A stretch of 55,846 bases of DNA from Bacteroidales bacterium. Lineage in GTDB: Bacteria > Bacteroidota > Bacteroidia > Bacteroidales > UBA7960. Positions within the stretch are counted from its first letter, which is position 1; each line of letters opens with the position of its first letter. Shown here in pieces: positions 10,178 to 20,285 of this stretch. The position numbers and the translations under genes are program-made. The stretch lies in the NCBI GenBank assembly GCA_003559475.1, contig PWLF01000170.1:1-55846 (forward strand). Reading direction: 5' to 3'. Below the pieces are notes generated by a model. The model had not been told where the DNA came from. It was given only the letters and a program-made list of their open reading frames with translations, and did no database searches.

Positions 10178-12463
10178 ATGAAAAAAACAACTTTTATGCT
10201 TTTGCTTACATTAGCTTTTTGCTTTATGGAAGTAGAAGTTGTTAGTTGCTCAAGTAATGATGCAACTTCAAATAAAATTTTTTCTGATATTTTAAATTCT
10301 TCTGAAAACGTAATAGCAAATAATGCTTCTTCTTTAGGGAATTTTGGATATATGAGTGCTTACATTCTAACATTGGAAGCCAACCCACGTGATGGCGGAT
10401 CTTTAAGTGGTCAAGGGAGATATACTGAAGGTGATGAAGTTGAATTATCAGCTACTGCTAATGAAGGATATGAATTTGTTTATTGGATGGATGCATATGG
10501 AAATACTATTAGTATGGATTCAGATTTTGTTTATGAAATGCCTTTTGAAAATACCACTTTAACAGCAGTGTTTGACAAGAAAGAATATAATATGACAGTC
10601 AGTATTAAGGGTGGTGGTGTTGAAGCTAACTTTGGGGAAGGCACTCATAGTATTGAATTTACCGATGAGATAACAATATCTGCTAAACCAAATGAAGGTT
10701 GGTCATTTACGCACTGGGAAGGAGATATTGATAGCAGAAGAGCAAGAAATTCAGAAGTAACTCTCAATATGCCTGCTAATGATTTAAATATTACTGCTAA
10801 TTTTGAAAGACAAAAGTTTAACTTAGCAGTTGATATTAAAGGAGAAGGCTCCGAATCTAACTTTGGTAGAGGAAGGCATTCCATTAAATTTGATGAGAGT
10901 GTTACTCTTGAAGCTAAACCTAATAGAAGCTGGAGATTTACCGGTTGGACAGGAGATGTTGAAAGCGACGAAGATAAATTATTGTTTAATATGCCCGCTA
11001 AAGATGTTGCTGTTATTGCTAACTTTGAATTTATTCAAACTTACGTACTTTCATTATCTGCAGATCCAATTAGAGGAGGTATTTTAAGCGGCGGAGGCAG
11101 ATATGAAGAAGGTGAAAAAGTTGAAGTTAATGCCACAACAAATGAAGGTTATGCATTTTCAAATTGGACTGATGAAGAAGGTAATATATTAAGCGAAAAG
11201 CCGAAATTTGAATATACTATGGCAGACGAAGAAATTACCCTTATAGCGAATTTCGAAACGGCAAATAATCTAACTTTATCTGCTGAACCATCCGAAGGAG
11301 GTGATATTGAAGGTTCCGGTAGTTATGTCCAAAATGAAAAAATTGAAATTATCGCTGAAGCAAGCGAAGGATATAGATTTGTCAATTGGACAGGTGATAC
11401 AGAATACCTGGAAGATGCAAATGCAGTTAATACAATAGTAAATATGCCGGGAGAAGATATATCCTTAAATGCTAATTTTGAAAGAAAAGAGTATGAGTTG
11501 GTTATATCAGTTTATGGTCAAGGAAGTGAAGGTAATTTTGGTGAAGGAACGCAATCTGTTAAGTTTAATGAGAGTATTAGCCTGAAAGCTGTATCAGAAG
11601 GAGGATGGATGTTTCAAAAATGGGATGGCTTTAAATTAAGTGAAAATAAAGAACTTAATTTTAATATGCCGGCTGAGAGTATCGAAGTTTATCTTTACTT
11701 TTTACAAGAAATCATTTGTGGTGAACCTTTTTATTATCACGGATACTACTATGAAACTGTTAAAATTGGGAACCAGTGCTGGTTTAAAGAAAATCTAAGA
11801 ACGACTAAATATACCGATGGAAGTAAAATAAGAGGAGACCTGCCTGATGATGAATGGTCAAATACTAATAATAACCAGATAGGAGCTTATGCGGTCTATG
11901 ACCATAATCATGCTGATGCAGAAGGATTAAATTCACGACAAGAAGTTATTGAAGCTTATGGTAAACTATATAACTGGTATGCTGTTGACGATGAAAGAGG
12001 TTTATGCCCGTATAGATGGAGAGTGTCATCAGATGATGATTGGAAAATACTTGAAGGTACAGTAGATAGCCAACATGATATAAATGATGATATTTGGAAT
12101 GAAATTACATGGAGAGGTGAAGATGCAGGAAAAAAATTAAAAAATTGTCGTACCGAAAATCATCCTTTAGGGCTTGAAGCAGGCGACTGTAACGTTGATA
12201 ACAATGAGCACCCAAGATGGGATAAAAATGACGATGTGTTTGGAACTGACGATTTTGGCTTCTCTGCTTTGCCCGGTGGTATCAGAAGTACAGGAGGTGG
12301 TTATTTTACACTTGGAAGAAATGGAAGATGGTGGGTAAGTGATGAAGAATCTCAAACGCATGCTTGGAGTAGATTCTTAACAAGAGATAGAGATGCTATC
12401 TTTCGCAACAATTATAATAAAGTTAACGGATATAGTGTAAGATGTGTCATTGATGTTGAATAA
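10178..12463 (+). CDS. Secreted protein: six InlB-B-repeat (Listeria-Bacteroides repeat) modules plus a C-terminal FISUMP lectin-like domain
   Basis: Signal peptide. Repeated modules of about 75 aa read L.L.A.P..GG...G.G.Y.EG..V...A..NEGY.F..WTD......F.M....I.L.ANFE. The C-terminal block reads GNQCWFKENL...YGKLYNWYA...CP..WRV.SDDDW..LE...GFSALPGG.R...GYSVRCV. Confidence 0.8.
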   Translation: MKKTTFMLLLTLAFCFMEVEVVSCSSNDATSNKIFSDILNSSENVIANNASSLGNFGYMSAYILTLEANPRDGGSLSGQGRYTEGDEVELSATANEGYEFVYWMDAYGNTISMDSDFVYEMPFENTTLTAVFDKKEYNMTVSIKGGGVEANFGEGTHSIEFTDEITISAKPNEGWSFTHWEGDIDSRRARNSEVTLNMPANDLNITANFERQKFNLAVDIKGEGSESNFGRGRHSIKFDESVTLEAKPNRSWRFTGWTGDVESDEDKLLFNMPAKDVAVIANFEFIQTYVLSLSADPIRGGILSGGGRYEEGEKVEVNATTNEGYAFSNWTDEEGNILSEKPKFEYTMADEEITLIANFETANNLTLSAEPSEGGDIEGSGSYVQNEKIEIIAEASEGYRFVNWTGDTEYLEDANAVNTIVNMPGEDISLNANFERKEYELVISVYGQGSEGNFGEGTQSVKFNESISLKAVSEGGWMFQKWDGFKLSENKELNFNMPAESIEVYLYFLQEIICGEPFYYHGYYYETVKIGNQCWFKENLRTTKYTDGSKIRGDLPDDEWSNTNNNQIGAYAVYDHNHADAEGLNSRQEVIEAYGKLYNWYAVDDERGLCPYRWRVSSDDDWKILEGTVDSQHDINDDIWNEITWRGEDAGKKLKNCRTENHPLGLEAGDCNVDNNEHPRWDKNDDVFGTDDFGFSALPGGIRSTGGGYFTLGRNGRWWVSDEESQTHAWSRFLTRDRDAIFRNNYNKVNGYSVRCVIDVE
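10361..11706 (+). repeat. Intragenic tandem array of six B-repeat modules of about 75 aa (two alternating subtypes); boundaries approximate
   Basis: Read from the translation of 10178-12463. Subtype 1 reads ..L.L.A.P..GG..SG.G.Y. Subtype 2 reads KEY.....I.G.GSE.NFGEG..S.KF. Confidence 0.6.
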
Positions 12464-12508
12464 AAATAATCTCAGGTTAGAGTTTGTTTAAAAATATATT
12501 TAAATTAA

Positions 12509-12556
12509 TAAAATCCGACTTGTATAATTTATATTTTCAAGTCGGATTTTTTTTAT
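12509..12556 (+). terminator. Rho-independent terminator after 10178-12463
   Basis: AATCCGACTTG (12512-12522) pairs with CAAGTCGGATT (12538-12548) and is followed by a T-run. Confidence 0.75.
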
Positions 12557-12643
12557 TCACATAAAATGTTTTGTTTATAAAAATCATTTTTGTAATTTTG
12601 ATTATAAATTAATTTGTTAAACTTTAAATAAATAAGTACATTA

Positions 12644-14173
12644 ATGCAGGATAAAAAAATAAGAGTGAGATTCGCACCCAGTCCAACAGGACCATTACAT
12701 ATTGGTGGAGTTAGAACAGCGCTGTATAATTATGTGTTTGCTAAAAAACATAACGGAAGTTTTATACTTCGTATTGAAGATACAGACCAAAAAAGATATG
12801 TTCAAGGGGCAGAAGATTATATTAAGGAGTCATTGAAGTGGTCAGGAATACAATGGGATGAAGGTCCTGATATTGGAGGGAATTACTCTCCATATAAACA
12901 ATCGGAAAGAAAAGAAATATATAAAAAATATTTGTCTGAATTAATTCAAAAAGGGCATGCTTATTATGCTTTTGATACTCCGGAAGAAGTTGAGGAAATG
13001 AGAAAAAAAATAGAAAGCGAAAACTCAGGTAATGCTCAATACGATTCTGTATCAAGGAAATATATGTGTAACTCTCTTACTTTATCGGAGGAAGAAACTA
13101 AAAAACGAATAGAGTCAGGTCAACCATACGTAGTTCGTGCATTAGTGCCCGAAAATATTGAAATTGAAGTTAATGATATTATTAGAGGTAAAATGAAAGT
13201 AGATTCCGGCACTTTAGATGATAAAGTTTTGATGAAAGCAGATGGGTTACCTACTTATCATCTTGCAAATGTCGTTGATGATTACCTTATGAAAATTAGT
13301 CACGTTATAAGAGGCGAGGAATGGCTGCCTTCAACACCTTTGCATGTTTTGCTATATAAATTTTTTAATTGGGAAGAGAAAATGCCTCAATTTGCGCATT
13401 TACCACTACTTTATAAACCCGATGGAAAAGGGAAATTGAGTAAACGTGATGGAGAAAGACTTGGCTTTCCCGTTTTTCCATTAAAATGGAAAGATCCGAA
13501 AAATGGTGAAATATTAAGTGGATATAGAGAATCAGGGTATTTCCCTGAAGCATTTGTTAATACTCTCGCTTTATTGGGGTGGAATCCGGGAACAGAGAAA
13601 GAACTCTTTTCTATGAGTGAGCTAATTGATGAATTTTCACTTGAAAAGGTTAATAAAGCAGGAGCTAAATTTAGTCCTGAAAAAGCTAAATGGTTCAATC
13701 ATCAATATCTTATAAATAAAAGCAGTGAAGATGTTGCTAAACAGATAACACCTGTTATAAAGCAAAAAGGACACAATATTGAATTCAATAAATTGATAAA
13801 AATTGTTGAGCTTGTTAAAGATAGAGTTAACTTCGTTCATGAAATTTGGGATCAGATGTCTTTCTTTTTCGAACCACCTGTGGAGTTTGATAAAAAAATT
13901 GTTAAAAAGAAATGGAAAGAAAAAACGCCGGAAGTGCTTAATAATGTTATAAATGTTATAGAAAATATAAAGCCTTTTGATGCTAACAGCATTAATAATG
14001 AGCTTGAAAGTTTTATGCAAAAAAACGAAATTAGTCCGGGGTTGCTTATGATAGGACTTAGAATTGCTATAGTAGGAGAAGCAAAAGGTCCTGATATTAA
14101 AGAAGTAATGAGTTTAATAGGAAAAGATGAAGTTATAAAAAGAATAAAATTTGCAATTGATAATATTCCATAA
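12644..14173 (+). CDS. gltX: Glutamate--tRNA ligase
   Basis: Class I motifs: RFAPSPTGPLHIGGVRTAL (HIGH) and KLSKRDG (KMSKS). Confidence 0.95.
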   Translation: MQDKKIRVRFAPSPTGPLHIGGVRTALYNYVFAKKHNGSFILRIEDTDQKRYVQGAEDYIKESLKWSGIQWDEGPDIGGNYSPYKQSERKEIYKKYLSELIQKGHAYYAFDTPEEVEEMRKKIESENSGNAQYDSVSRKYMCNSLTLSEEETKKRIESGQPYVVRALVPENIEIEVNDIIRGKMKVDSGTLDDKVLMKADGLPTYHLANVVDDYLMKISHVIRGEEWLPSTPLHVLLYKFFNWEEKMPQFAHLPLLYKPDGKGKLSKRDGERLGFPVFPLKWKDPKNGEILSGYRESGYFPEAFVNTLALLGWNPGTEKELFSMSELIDEFSLEKVNKAGAKFSPEKAKWFNHQYLINKSSEDVAKQITPVIKQKGHNIEFNKLIKIVELVKDRVNFVHEIWDQMSFFFEPPVEFDKKIVKKKWKEKTPEVLNNVINVIENIKPFDANSINNELESFMQKNEISPGLLMIGLRIAIVGEAKGPDIKEVMSLIGKDEVIKRIKFAIDNIP

Positions 14174-14190
14174 ATTTAAAAATATCAATT

Positions 14191-17100
14191 ATGAGGTATT
14201 TTATTGCTTTTTTCTTAATAATTCAGTTTCTGTTGATAAATAACATCAACGCTCAAAAAATTATTGAATTGCTTAATTATCCTAAAGATATTAAAAGCAT
14301 TGAAAAAAAAGATTTTTTCTTTCCTTATGAAGATATAAAAGTGGTTGAAGTTAATTCTTTGGTATTAGATAGCAAAGCTTATAATATCGGAGACAAGATC
14401 TTAGTTGAGTTGTTTGGTGAAAAATACATGACAACAATTGACCGGATAGACCAAAATATCAACAAAACTTTAACTATTAGAGCAAGATTTGACAAGTATC
14501 CAAAAGGGTATGTGATTTTATCAGAGACAGATGGTCTTATAATTGCTTCAATAAGATTACCGGGAAAAAACAAACGTTATAGCATAAAAAAAACATCGAA
14601 ATCAGGTAAGACATATTTGAAAAGGCTGGATATTGAAGAGTTAAATAAAATGAAATTAGAATGCGGAACGGATTTTTTAATTGACGATTATCCTGACATT
14701 GATAATTTAGATATTGATAGCTTTAAAGAGTTTTCTAAAAAAGAATCGAAATCTATTGCCGAAATTGGCGTAATGATAGTATATACACCTTTATCAGCAT
14801 TGTGGGCTAAAGAATTTGAGGGCTCAATAAATAATACTATAGCACAGTCAATGGCGAAAGCTCAATTAGCCATGGATAATAGTGATACAAATATCAATAT
14901 GACCTTAGTTCATTCAGGATTAGTTAATCATTACGAAGAAGGAGATTATTCAAGTGTTGATTTGAGGAGATTAACAGCATCTCCTGATAATAATCCCTGG
15001 GGAGAGACATGGAACGACTATCAAATAGCTGGAATTATGGATGAGGTACATGATTGGAGAGATACTTATGGAGCTGATTTGGTAGCACTATTTGGACTCG
15101 CTTCAGATGTTGGTGGCGTGGCTTGGTTGCTTAGAAGACGAATAGGTCGTGAAGATAGAGGATTTTCTTTTACAAGAGTGCAGCAAGCAAGCTGGACATA
15201 TACTCATGTTCATGAAATGGGACATAATATGGGGTGCCACCATCATAAAGAACAAAATGTTCAACCGGGGCCAACAAACTGGGCTGATTGGTCAGCAAAT
15301 AATTGGTCCGCAGGCTGGAGATGGGAAGGTAGTGATGAAAATATGTATTGTTCTGTGATGACTTATGAAGCTGGAATTTATTTCGATGATGGCATTAATG
15401 CTACAAGAGTACCATATTTCTCTAATCCGGATGTTGAACATCTGGATACTCCTACAGGTCATGCTGCTGATGGAGATAATGCCAGAACCCTGAGAGAAGT
15501 TAGAGGGGTTGTTGAAAATTACAGAGAAAAAACATCTCCTGAAAGATATACGTTAACACTTAATTCTAATCCCGATGATGGAGGGATTGTCCTTGGAAAC
15601 GGAAACTTCGCTGATGAAACTCATGTAAATGTAGCAGCTTTCGAAAAATATAATTATAAATTTGTGAACTGGACAGATGAAGATGACAATATTGTAAGTG
15701 AAGATAAAAGCTTTCATTTTGATATGCCGGATGAAGAAATAACATTAACGGCTAACTTCGCTTCGAAAGACTTATTTTTTACTTTTAATGTTAAAAATCA
15801 ATTTGATAATCCGGTTAAGGATGCTAATATTACAGTTTCTCCAATAAAAATAGGGCAACCGCCTGCAAAAAAATCAAATAATAATAGAAAAGAATCTTAC
15901 GGCGGTGTTTATGAAATAAAAAAGTATCCTCAAAAAATATATTACAAAGAAAAAAAAATGCTCCCAAATAAAAATTCATTTGAAGTTCAAGAAAAGGGTG
16001 AATGGATACACTGGGATGATGGGGAAAATGTTAATTCATCAGGACCAAACAGACCTTTTACTTTTAGTGTTGCGAGTAGATGGGAAGCGGAAGATATAAA
16101 AGATTATAAGGGAAAAATTATATCTGACATAAGATTCTTCCCTCACTATGAAGATTGTGAATACACTATTAAAATATGGGTTGGTGAACATCCTTCTGTA
16201 GCATATTCTCAAAAAATTGAAGATATTATTTTAGAAGAATCGAATAGAATTAAACTTGATACGCCTTTTGTTATTGATGCTTCTGATGAGTTATGGTTTG
16301 GACTAAAAGTTGAAACGGAAGGAGGGCAACCAATAGGCACGGATAGTGGTCCGGCAGTTGAAGGAAAAGGGAATATGATCAGATGGCACGGAATGTGGCG
16401 AAAACTAACTGACCTTAATGAAACCCTCGATTTTAATTGGAACCTTCATGCTTTTGTTAAGGATATTGAACTTGTAACGGATATCAATGGACAAGCTAAC
16501 CACCTCACGGCTGACGGATTTTTTGTTTATAATGTTAAAAAAGATAAGCATAAGCCTGCTAAAAGCTCATTTGGAATTGAGGATGAAGATGTTGTTATTA
16601 ATGTTCTATTAGAACTTAAAACATACAACTTAGAATTAAAAGCAAATCCAAAAGAAGGAGGAATAGTTTTAGGGGAGGGAGATTATCCTGAAAATGAAGA
16701 GGTTATTATCAAAGCTGACCCGGCTGAAGGGTATGAGTTTATTAATTGGACAGATACTCTTAATAATGAAATAAGCGATTATAAAGAGTTTACTTTCGAA
16801 ATGCCTGATGATAATATAACTTTAACAGCTAATTTTGAAGAATTAGTTTATGATAAAATTTTTACAACTCAGAAATTAAAAATATTTCCCAATCCTGCAG
16901 GAAATAAAATTTTTGTTGAAGCAGATCAAATTATTAGTGAAATTAAATTTATTAATATTAATGGGCAGCTTGTTAAAAGTGTTCATGAGAATAGTAATAA
17001 ATCAGAAGTTGATATAATTGATTTGCCGGAAGGAAATTACCTTATTCAGGTAGTTGTTGGAGATAAAAAAATAACTGAGTGGATACAAATCACAAGATAA
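14191..17100 (+). CDS. Secreted zinc metalloprotease (reprolysin-like HExxHxxGxxH) with B-repeat modules and a T9SS C-terminal sorting domain
   Basis: HEMGHNMGCHH zinc site. Two InlB-B-repeat modules. The C-terminal KIFPNPAGNKIFVEAD...GNYLIQVV...ITR resembles Por/T9SS CTDs. Confidence 0.8.
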   Translation: MRYFIAFFLIIQFLLINNINAQKIIELLNYPKDIKSIEKKDFFFPYEDIKVVEVNSLVLDSKAYNIGDKILVELFGEKYMTTIDRIDQNINKTLTIRARFDKYPKGYVILSETDGLIIASIRLPGKNKRYSIKKTSKSGKTYLKRLDIEELNKMKLECGTDFLIDDYPDIDNLDIDSFKEFSKKESKSIAEIGVMIVYTPLSALWAKEFEGSINNTIAQSMAKAQLAMDNSDTNINMTLVHSGLVNHYEEGDYSSVDLRRLTASPDNNPWGETWNDYQIAGIMDEVHDWRDTYGADLVALFGLASDVGGVAWLLRRRIGREDRGFSFTRVQQASWTYTHVHEMGHNMGCHHHKEQNVQPGPTNWADWSANNWSAGWRWEGSDENMYCSVMTYEAGIYFDDGINATRVPYFSNPDVEHLDTPTGHAADGDNARTLREVRGVVENYREKTSPERYTLTLNSNPDDGGIVLGNGNFADETHVNVAAFEKYNYKFVNWTDEDDNIVSEDKSFHFDMPDEEITLTANFASKDLFFTFNVKNQFDNPVKDANITVSPIKIGQPPAKKSNNNRKESYGGVYEIKKYPQKIYYKEKKMLPNKNSFEVQEKGEWIHWDDGENVNSSGPNRPFTFSVASRWEAEDIKDYKGKIISDIRFFPHYEDCEYTIKIWVGEHPSVAYSQKIEDIILEESNRIKLDTPFVIDASDELWFGLKVETEGGQPIGTDSGPAVEGKGNMIRWHGMWRKLTDLNETLDFNWNLHAFVKDIELVTDINGQANHLTADGFFVYNVKKDKHKPAKSSFGIEDEDVVINVLLELKTYNLELKANPKEGGIVLGEGDYPENEEVIIKADPAEGYEFINWTDTLNNEISDYKEFTFEMPDDNITLTANFEELVYDKIFTTQKLKIFPNPAGNKIFVEADQIISEIKFININGQLVKSVHENSNKSEVDIIDLPEGNYLIQVVVGDKKITEWIQITR

Positions 17101-17114
17101 AACATATAATAAAT

Positions 17115-17594
17115 TTATGTTTTTTCAAAATTAAAAACTTCCAGTTCCGGTATTTTTTTAAACCCAAAAAGCATTGCAAAAACATTTGATGGAAATAGAT
17201 AAACAGAATTGTTATATGTTTTAATTACTTTATTTATTTCAATGATTTTATTATTTAGGTCACTTTGAATTGCAATAAAAGTTTCTTTTCTCTCAAGAAT
17301 TTCTTTTAACTCTTTTGTGTGTATCACATTATTAATTTTATTATTCAAAACAATTTGGTTTGATAGAGGAAAACCACCTTTAGATTCATCTTCTATTAAA
17401 TTTGAAAGTTTATTTAAATGAGTGTTATTGTTTAATGAGGAGATTATTTCTTTTATGAGATTATTTCTTTCTCCTATCAAATTATTAATGCTTTCAAAGT
17501 ATTTGTAAACGGCTAATCGTTTTCTTATTAGATTGTTATATCCGAGAAAAATAAATAATATAAAAACACCAATAGCAATAATAATAGAATCCAT
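17115..17594 (-). CDS. LemA-family-like membrane protein (short, divergent)
   Basis: N-terminal TM followed by YNNLIRKR..V. The C-terminal YNNSVYLFPSNVFAMLFGF matches the LemA C-terminal pattern. Confidence 0.55.
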   Translation of the reverse strand: MDSIIIAIGVFILFIFLGYNNLIRKRLAVYKYFESINNLIGERNNLIKEIISSLNNNTHLNKLSNLIEDESKGGFPLSNQIVLNNKINNVIHTKELKEILERKETFIAIQSDLNNKIIEINKVIKTYNNSVYLFPSNVFAMLFGFKKIPELEVFNFEKT

Positions 17595-17786
17595 AGTATA
17601 TTTTTATGATAGTTTTAATTGTCAAAATTACATTAATTTATTGAAATATCAGATTTTATAGTTAAAATTGCTTGTTATAAAACTCAAAAATGATAAAAAT
17701 AATTTGTTAAAGTTTTTAGTTTTATTTTTTACTGTTATTTTTACACCCTATTTTAAAATTTATTGTTTAATTTAATTGTATTACAG

Positions 17787-19817
17787 ATGAAAAAATTAAT
17801 AGTTTTGTTATTTTCGGCTTTATTAATAGTATCTCAGGATGCTTATTCAAATAAGCAGGCGATGGTTCCGGAAACTTTGTGGGAGTTTGGGAGAGTCGGT
17901 GGAATTCAAGTTTCTCCTTGTGGTAACGATTTGCTTTTTACCATAACATATTATGATGTGGAAGAAAATATCAGTCAAAGAGATATTTATACCGTTCCTG
18001 TTGCCGGAGGTACTCCTGTTAATATAACAAATAGTGAACATAATGAGTTTAATGCTATGTGGCGTCCTGATGGTGAGAAAATCGGATATTTGAGCTCAAA
18101 AAGCGGAACAGTGCAATTATGGGAAATGAATATTGATGGAAGCGACCCTAAGCAAGTTACCGATATAGAAAAAGGAATAAATGGTTTTGAATATAGCCCG
18201 GATATTGAGCATATTTATTTTATTAAAAGAGTGAAACTTGAAGAATGTCCGCGTGATAAACATCCGGATTTGCCCAAATCAAACGCCTTAATTTATGATG
18301 ATTTGATGTATAGACATTGGGATAGATGGCATGATTATTCATATAGTCATATATTTATTGCCCCATATGATGATGGAAGTATCGGTGAATATTATGATAT
18401 AATGGAAGATGAGCCCTGGAACTCACCACTGCCTCCTTTTGGGGGAATAGGACAAATAAGTTGGACTCCTGACGGAAAAAAATTAGCATATACTTGCAAA
18501 AAGAAAAAAGGTAAAGATTGGGCGTTAAGCACAAATTCGGATATTTATCTTTACGATATTGAAACAGGTGAAACAGAAAATTTGACTCCATTTAATGAAG
18601 GATATGATAGAAATCCTGTTTTTTCTCCCGATGGCAAATATATGGCTTGGGAAAGCATGGAAACACCGGGATTTGAATCGGATAAAAGTAGAATAATGAT
18701 AATGTATCTTGGAGATGGATCATATAAGGAATATTCAACCGGGTTTGACCAAAGCTCAAGAAATATTAGATGGTCGGAAAATAGTGAAAAATTATATTTT
18801 ATAAGTGGAATACATGCCACTTATCAATTATATAGCTTGAATATTGAAGATTATAAAATTAAGCAGATTACAGAAGGGTGGCATAATTATAACTCTTTTG
18901 ATCTTGCCGGAGACTATTTGGTTGGAGCGAGAATGAGCATTTCATCACCTGTCGAAATTTATCGGGTTGATAAAAAATCAGGCTCACAAGAAATGGTTAC
19001 TTTTGTGAATGAGCAAGTATTTGAAAAAATTAATATGGGAGAAGTCGAAAAACGATGGATTGAAACAACAGATGGTGAAAAAATGCTTACATGGGTAATT
19101 TATCCTCCGGGTTTTGATCCTGATAAAGAATATCCGGCATTACTATTTTGTGGTGGCGGTCCTCAAAGTGCTGTTAGTCAGTTTTTTTCTTATCGTTGGA
19201 ATTTTCAGTTAATGGCAGCTCATGATTATGTCATTATAGCTCCTAATCGCAGAGGGTTACCTACTTTTGGACAAGAGTGGAATGATCAGATAAGCCAAGA
19301 TTATGGAGGGCAAAATATGCAAGACCTTATGAGTGCTGTGAGAGTTCTTAAAAAAGAACCTTTTATTGATGAAGAAAGAATTGGCGCTGTTGGTGCTAGT
19401 TATGGCGGATTCTCCGTGTTCTGGCTTGCAGGTCATCATGAAGGGCTTTTTAATGCCTTTATAGCTCACTGTGGAATGTTTAACTTTAAAAGCTGGTATG
19501 GAACAACCGAAGAAATGTTTTTTGCTAATCATGATATAGGAGGGCCATACTGGGAAACTCCTACACCTAACAGTTATGACTTTTCTCCGCATAGATTTGT
19601 GCAAAACTGGGAAACTCCAATTATGGTTATACATGGCGCTAAAGATTATAGAGTGCCTAAATCGGAAGGATTGCAAGCATTCAATGCAGCTCAACTAAAT
19701 GGAGTTCCAAGCAGACTAATGTTTTTTCCTGATGAAAATCATTGGGTCTTGAAACCTCAAAATAGCATTTTATGGCAAAGAGAGTTTTTTAAATGGCTTG
19801 ATAAATGGCTTAAGTAA
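17787..19817 (+). CDS. S9-family serine peptidase (prolyl oligopeptidase / dipeptidyl peptidase type) with N-terminal beta-propeller
   Basis: GASYGGF nucleophile elbow, then HGAKDYRVP and ENHW. The track start at 17763 is a TTG. MKKLIVLLFS at 17787 gives a normal signal peptide. Confidence 0.85.
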   Translation: MKKLIVLLFSALLIVSQDAYSNKQAMVPETLWEFGRVGGIQVSPCGNDLLFTITYYDVEENISQRDIYTVPVAGGTPVNITNSEHNEFNAMWRPDGEKIGYLSSKSGTVQLWEMNIDGSDPKQVTDIEKGINGFEYSPDIEHIYFIKRVKLEECPRDKHPDLPKSNALIYDDLMYRHWDRWHDYSYSHIFIAPYDDGSIGEYYDIMEDEPWNSPLPPFGGIGQISWTPDGKKLAYTCKKKKGKDWALSTNSDIYLYDIETGETENLTPFNEGYDRNPVFSPDGKYMAWESMETPGFESDKSRIMIMYLGDGSYKEYSTGFDQSSRNIRWSENSEKLYFISGIHATYQLYSLNIEDYKIKQITEGWHNYNSFDLAGDYLVGARMSISSPVEIYRVDKKSGSQEMVTFVNEQVFEKINMGEVEKRWIETTDGEKMLTWVIYPPGFDPDKEYPALLFCGGGPQSAVSQFFSYRWNFQLMAAHDYVIIAPNRRGLPTFGQEWNDQISQDYGGQNMQDLMSAVRVLKKEPFIDEERIGAVGASYGGFSVFWLAGHHEGLFNAFIAHCGMFNFKSWYGTTEEMFFANHDIGGPYWETPTPNSYDFSPHRFVQNWETPIMVIHGAKDYRVPKSEGLQAFNAAQLNGVPSRLMFFPDENHWVLKPQNSILWQREFFKWLDKWLK

Positions 19818-20161
19818 TGACAAATTTAAAAAAAGGTATAAAAACAATTAGTTTGGATGAGTTTTGCGATTTAGCAAATAAACAAGGACTTAATAAATTC
19901 TTTACTTCAAAGGAAATTTCTGATTATGGCAAAGAAAAAAAATTAAAAAGTCTGGCAGCCAGATATTTGATAAAGAAATATATTATTAGTAATTATAAAA
20001 ACCACGTAGATTATAAAGATATCGAAATCTTAAATAAAACAAATGGCAAGCCAATAATTAATACCAAATTTGATGATATAAAGAAAAATATTATGTTCAG
20101 TATATCTCATACAAGAGAAAGGGCAACGGTATTAATAGTGTATAAACAATTACGGAATTAG
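19817..20161 (+). CDS. AcpS-type 4'-phosphopantetheinyl-transferase-like protein (possibly degenerate)
   Basis: Size is 114 aa. FT..E.......SLAARY..K, NGKP and SISHT...A follow the AcpS layout. The start overlaps the peptidase stop (TAATG). It ends in TAG. Confidence 0.55.
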   Translation: MTNLKKGIKTISLDEFCDLANKQGLNKFFTSKEISDYGKEKKLKSLAARYLIKKYIISNYKNHVDYKDIEILNKTNGKPIINTKFDDIKKNIMFSISHTRERATVLIVYKQLRN

Positions 20162-20285
20162 TTGTAAGATATAATAATTTGTTATAGATAATAAAATAAT
20201 AGCTAAATATTGAAAGTTTTAATAACTGTAAACTAAAGGGTTTTCTTTTCCGTTTTACAAAATTAAGCTGTTATATTATTATAAA

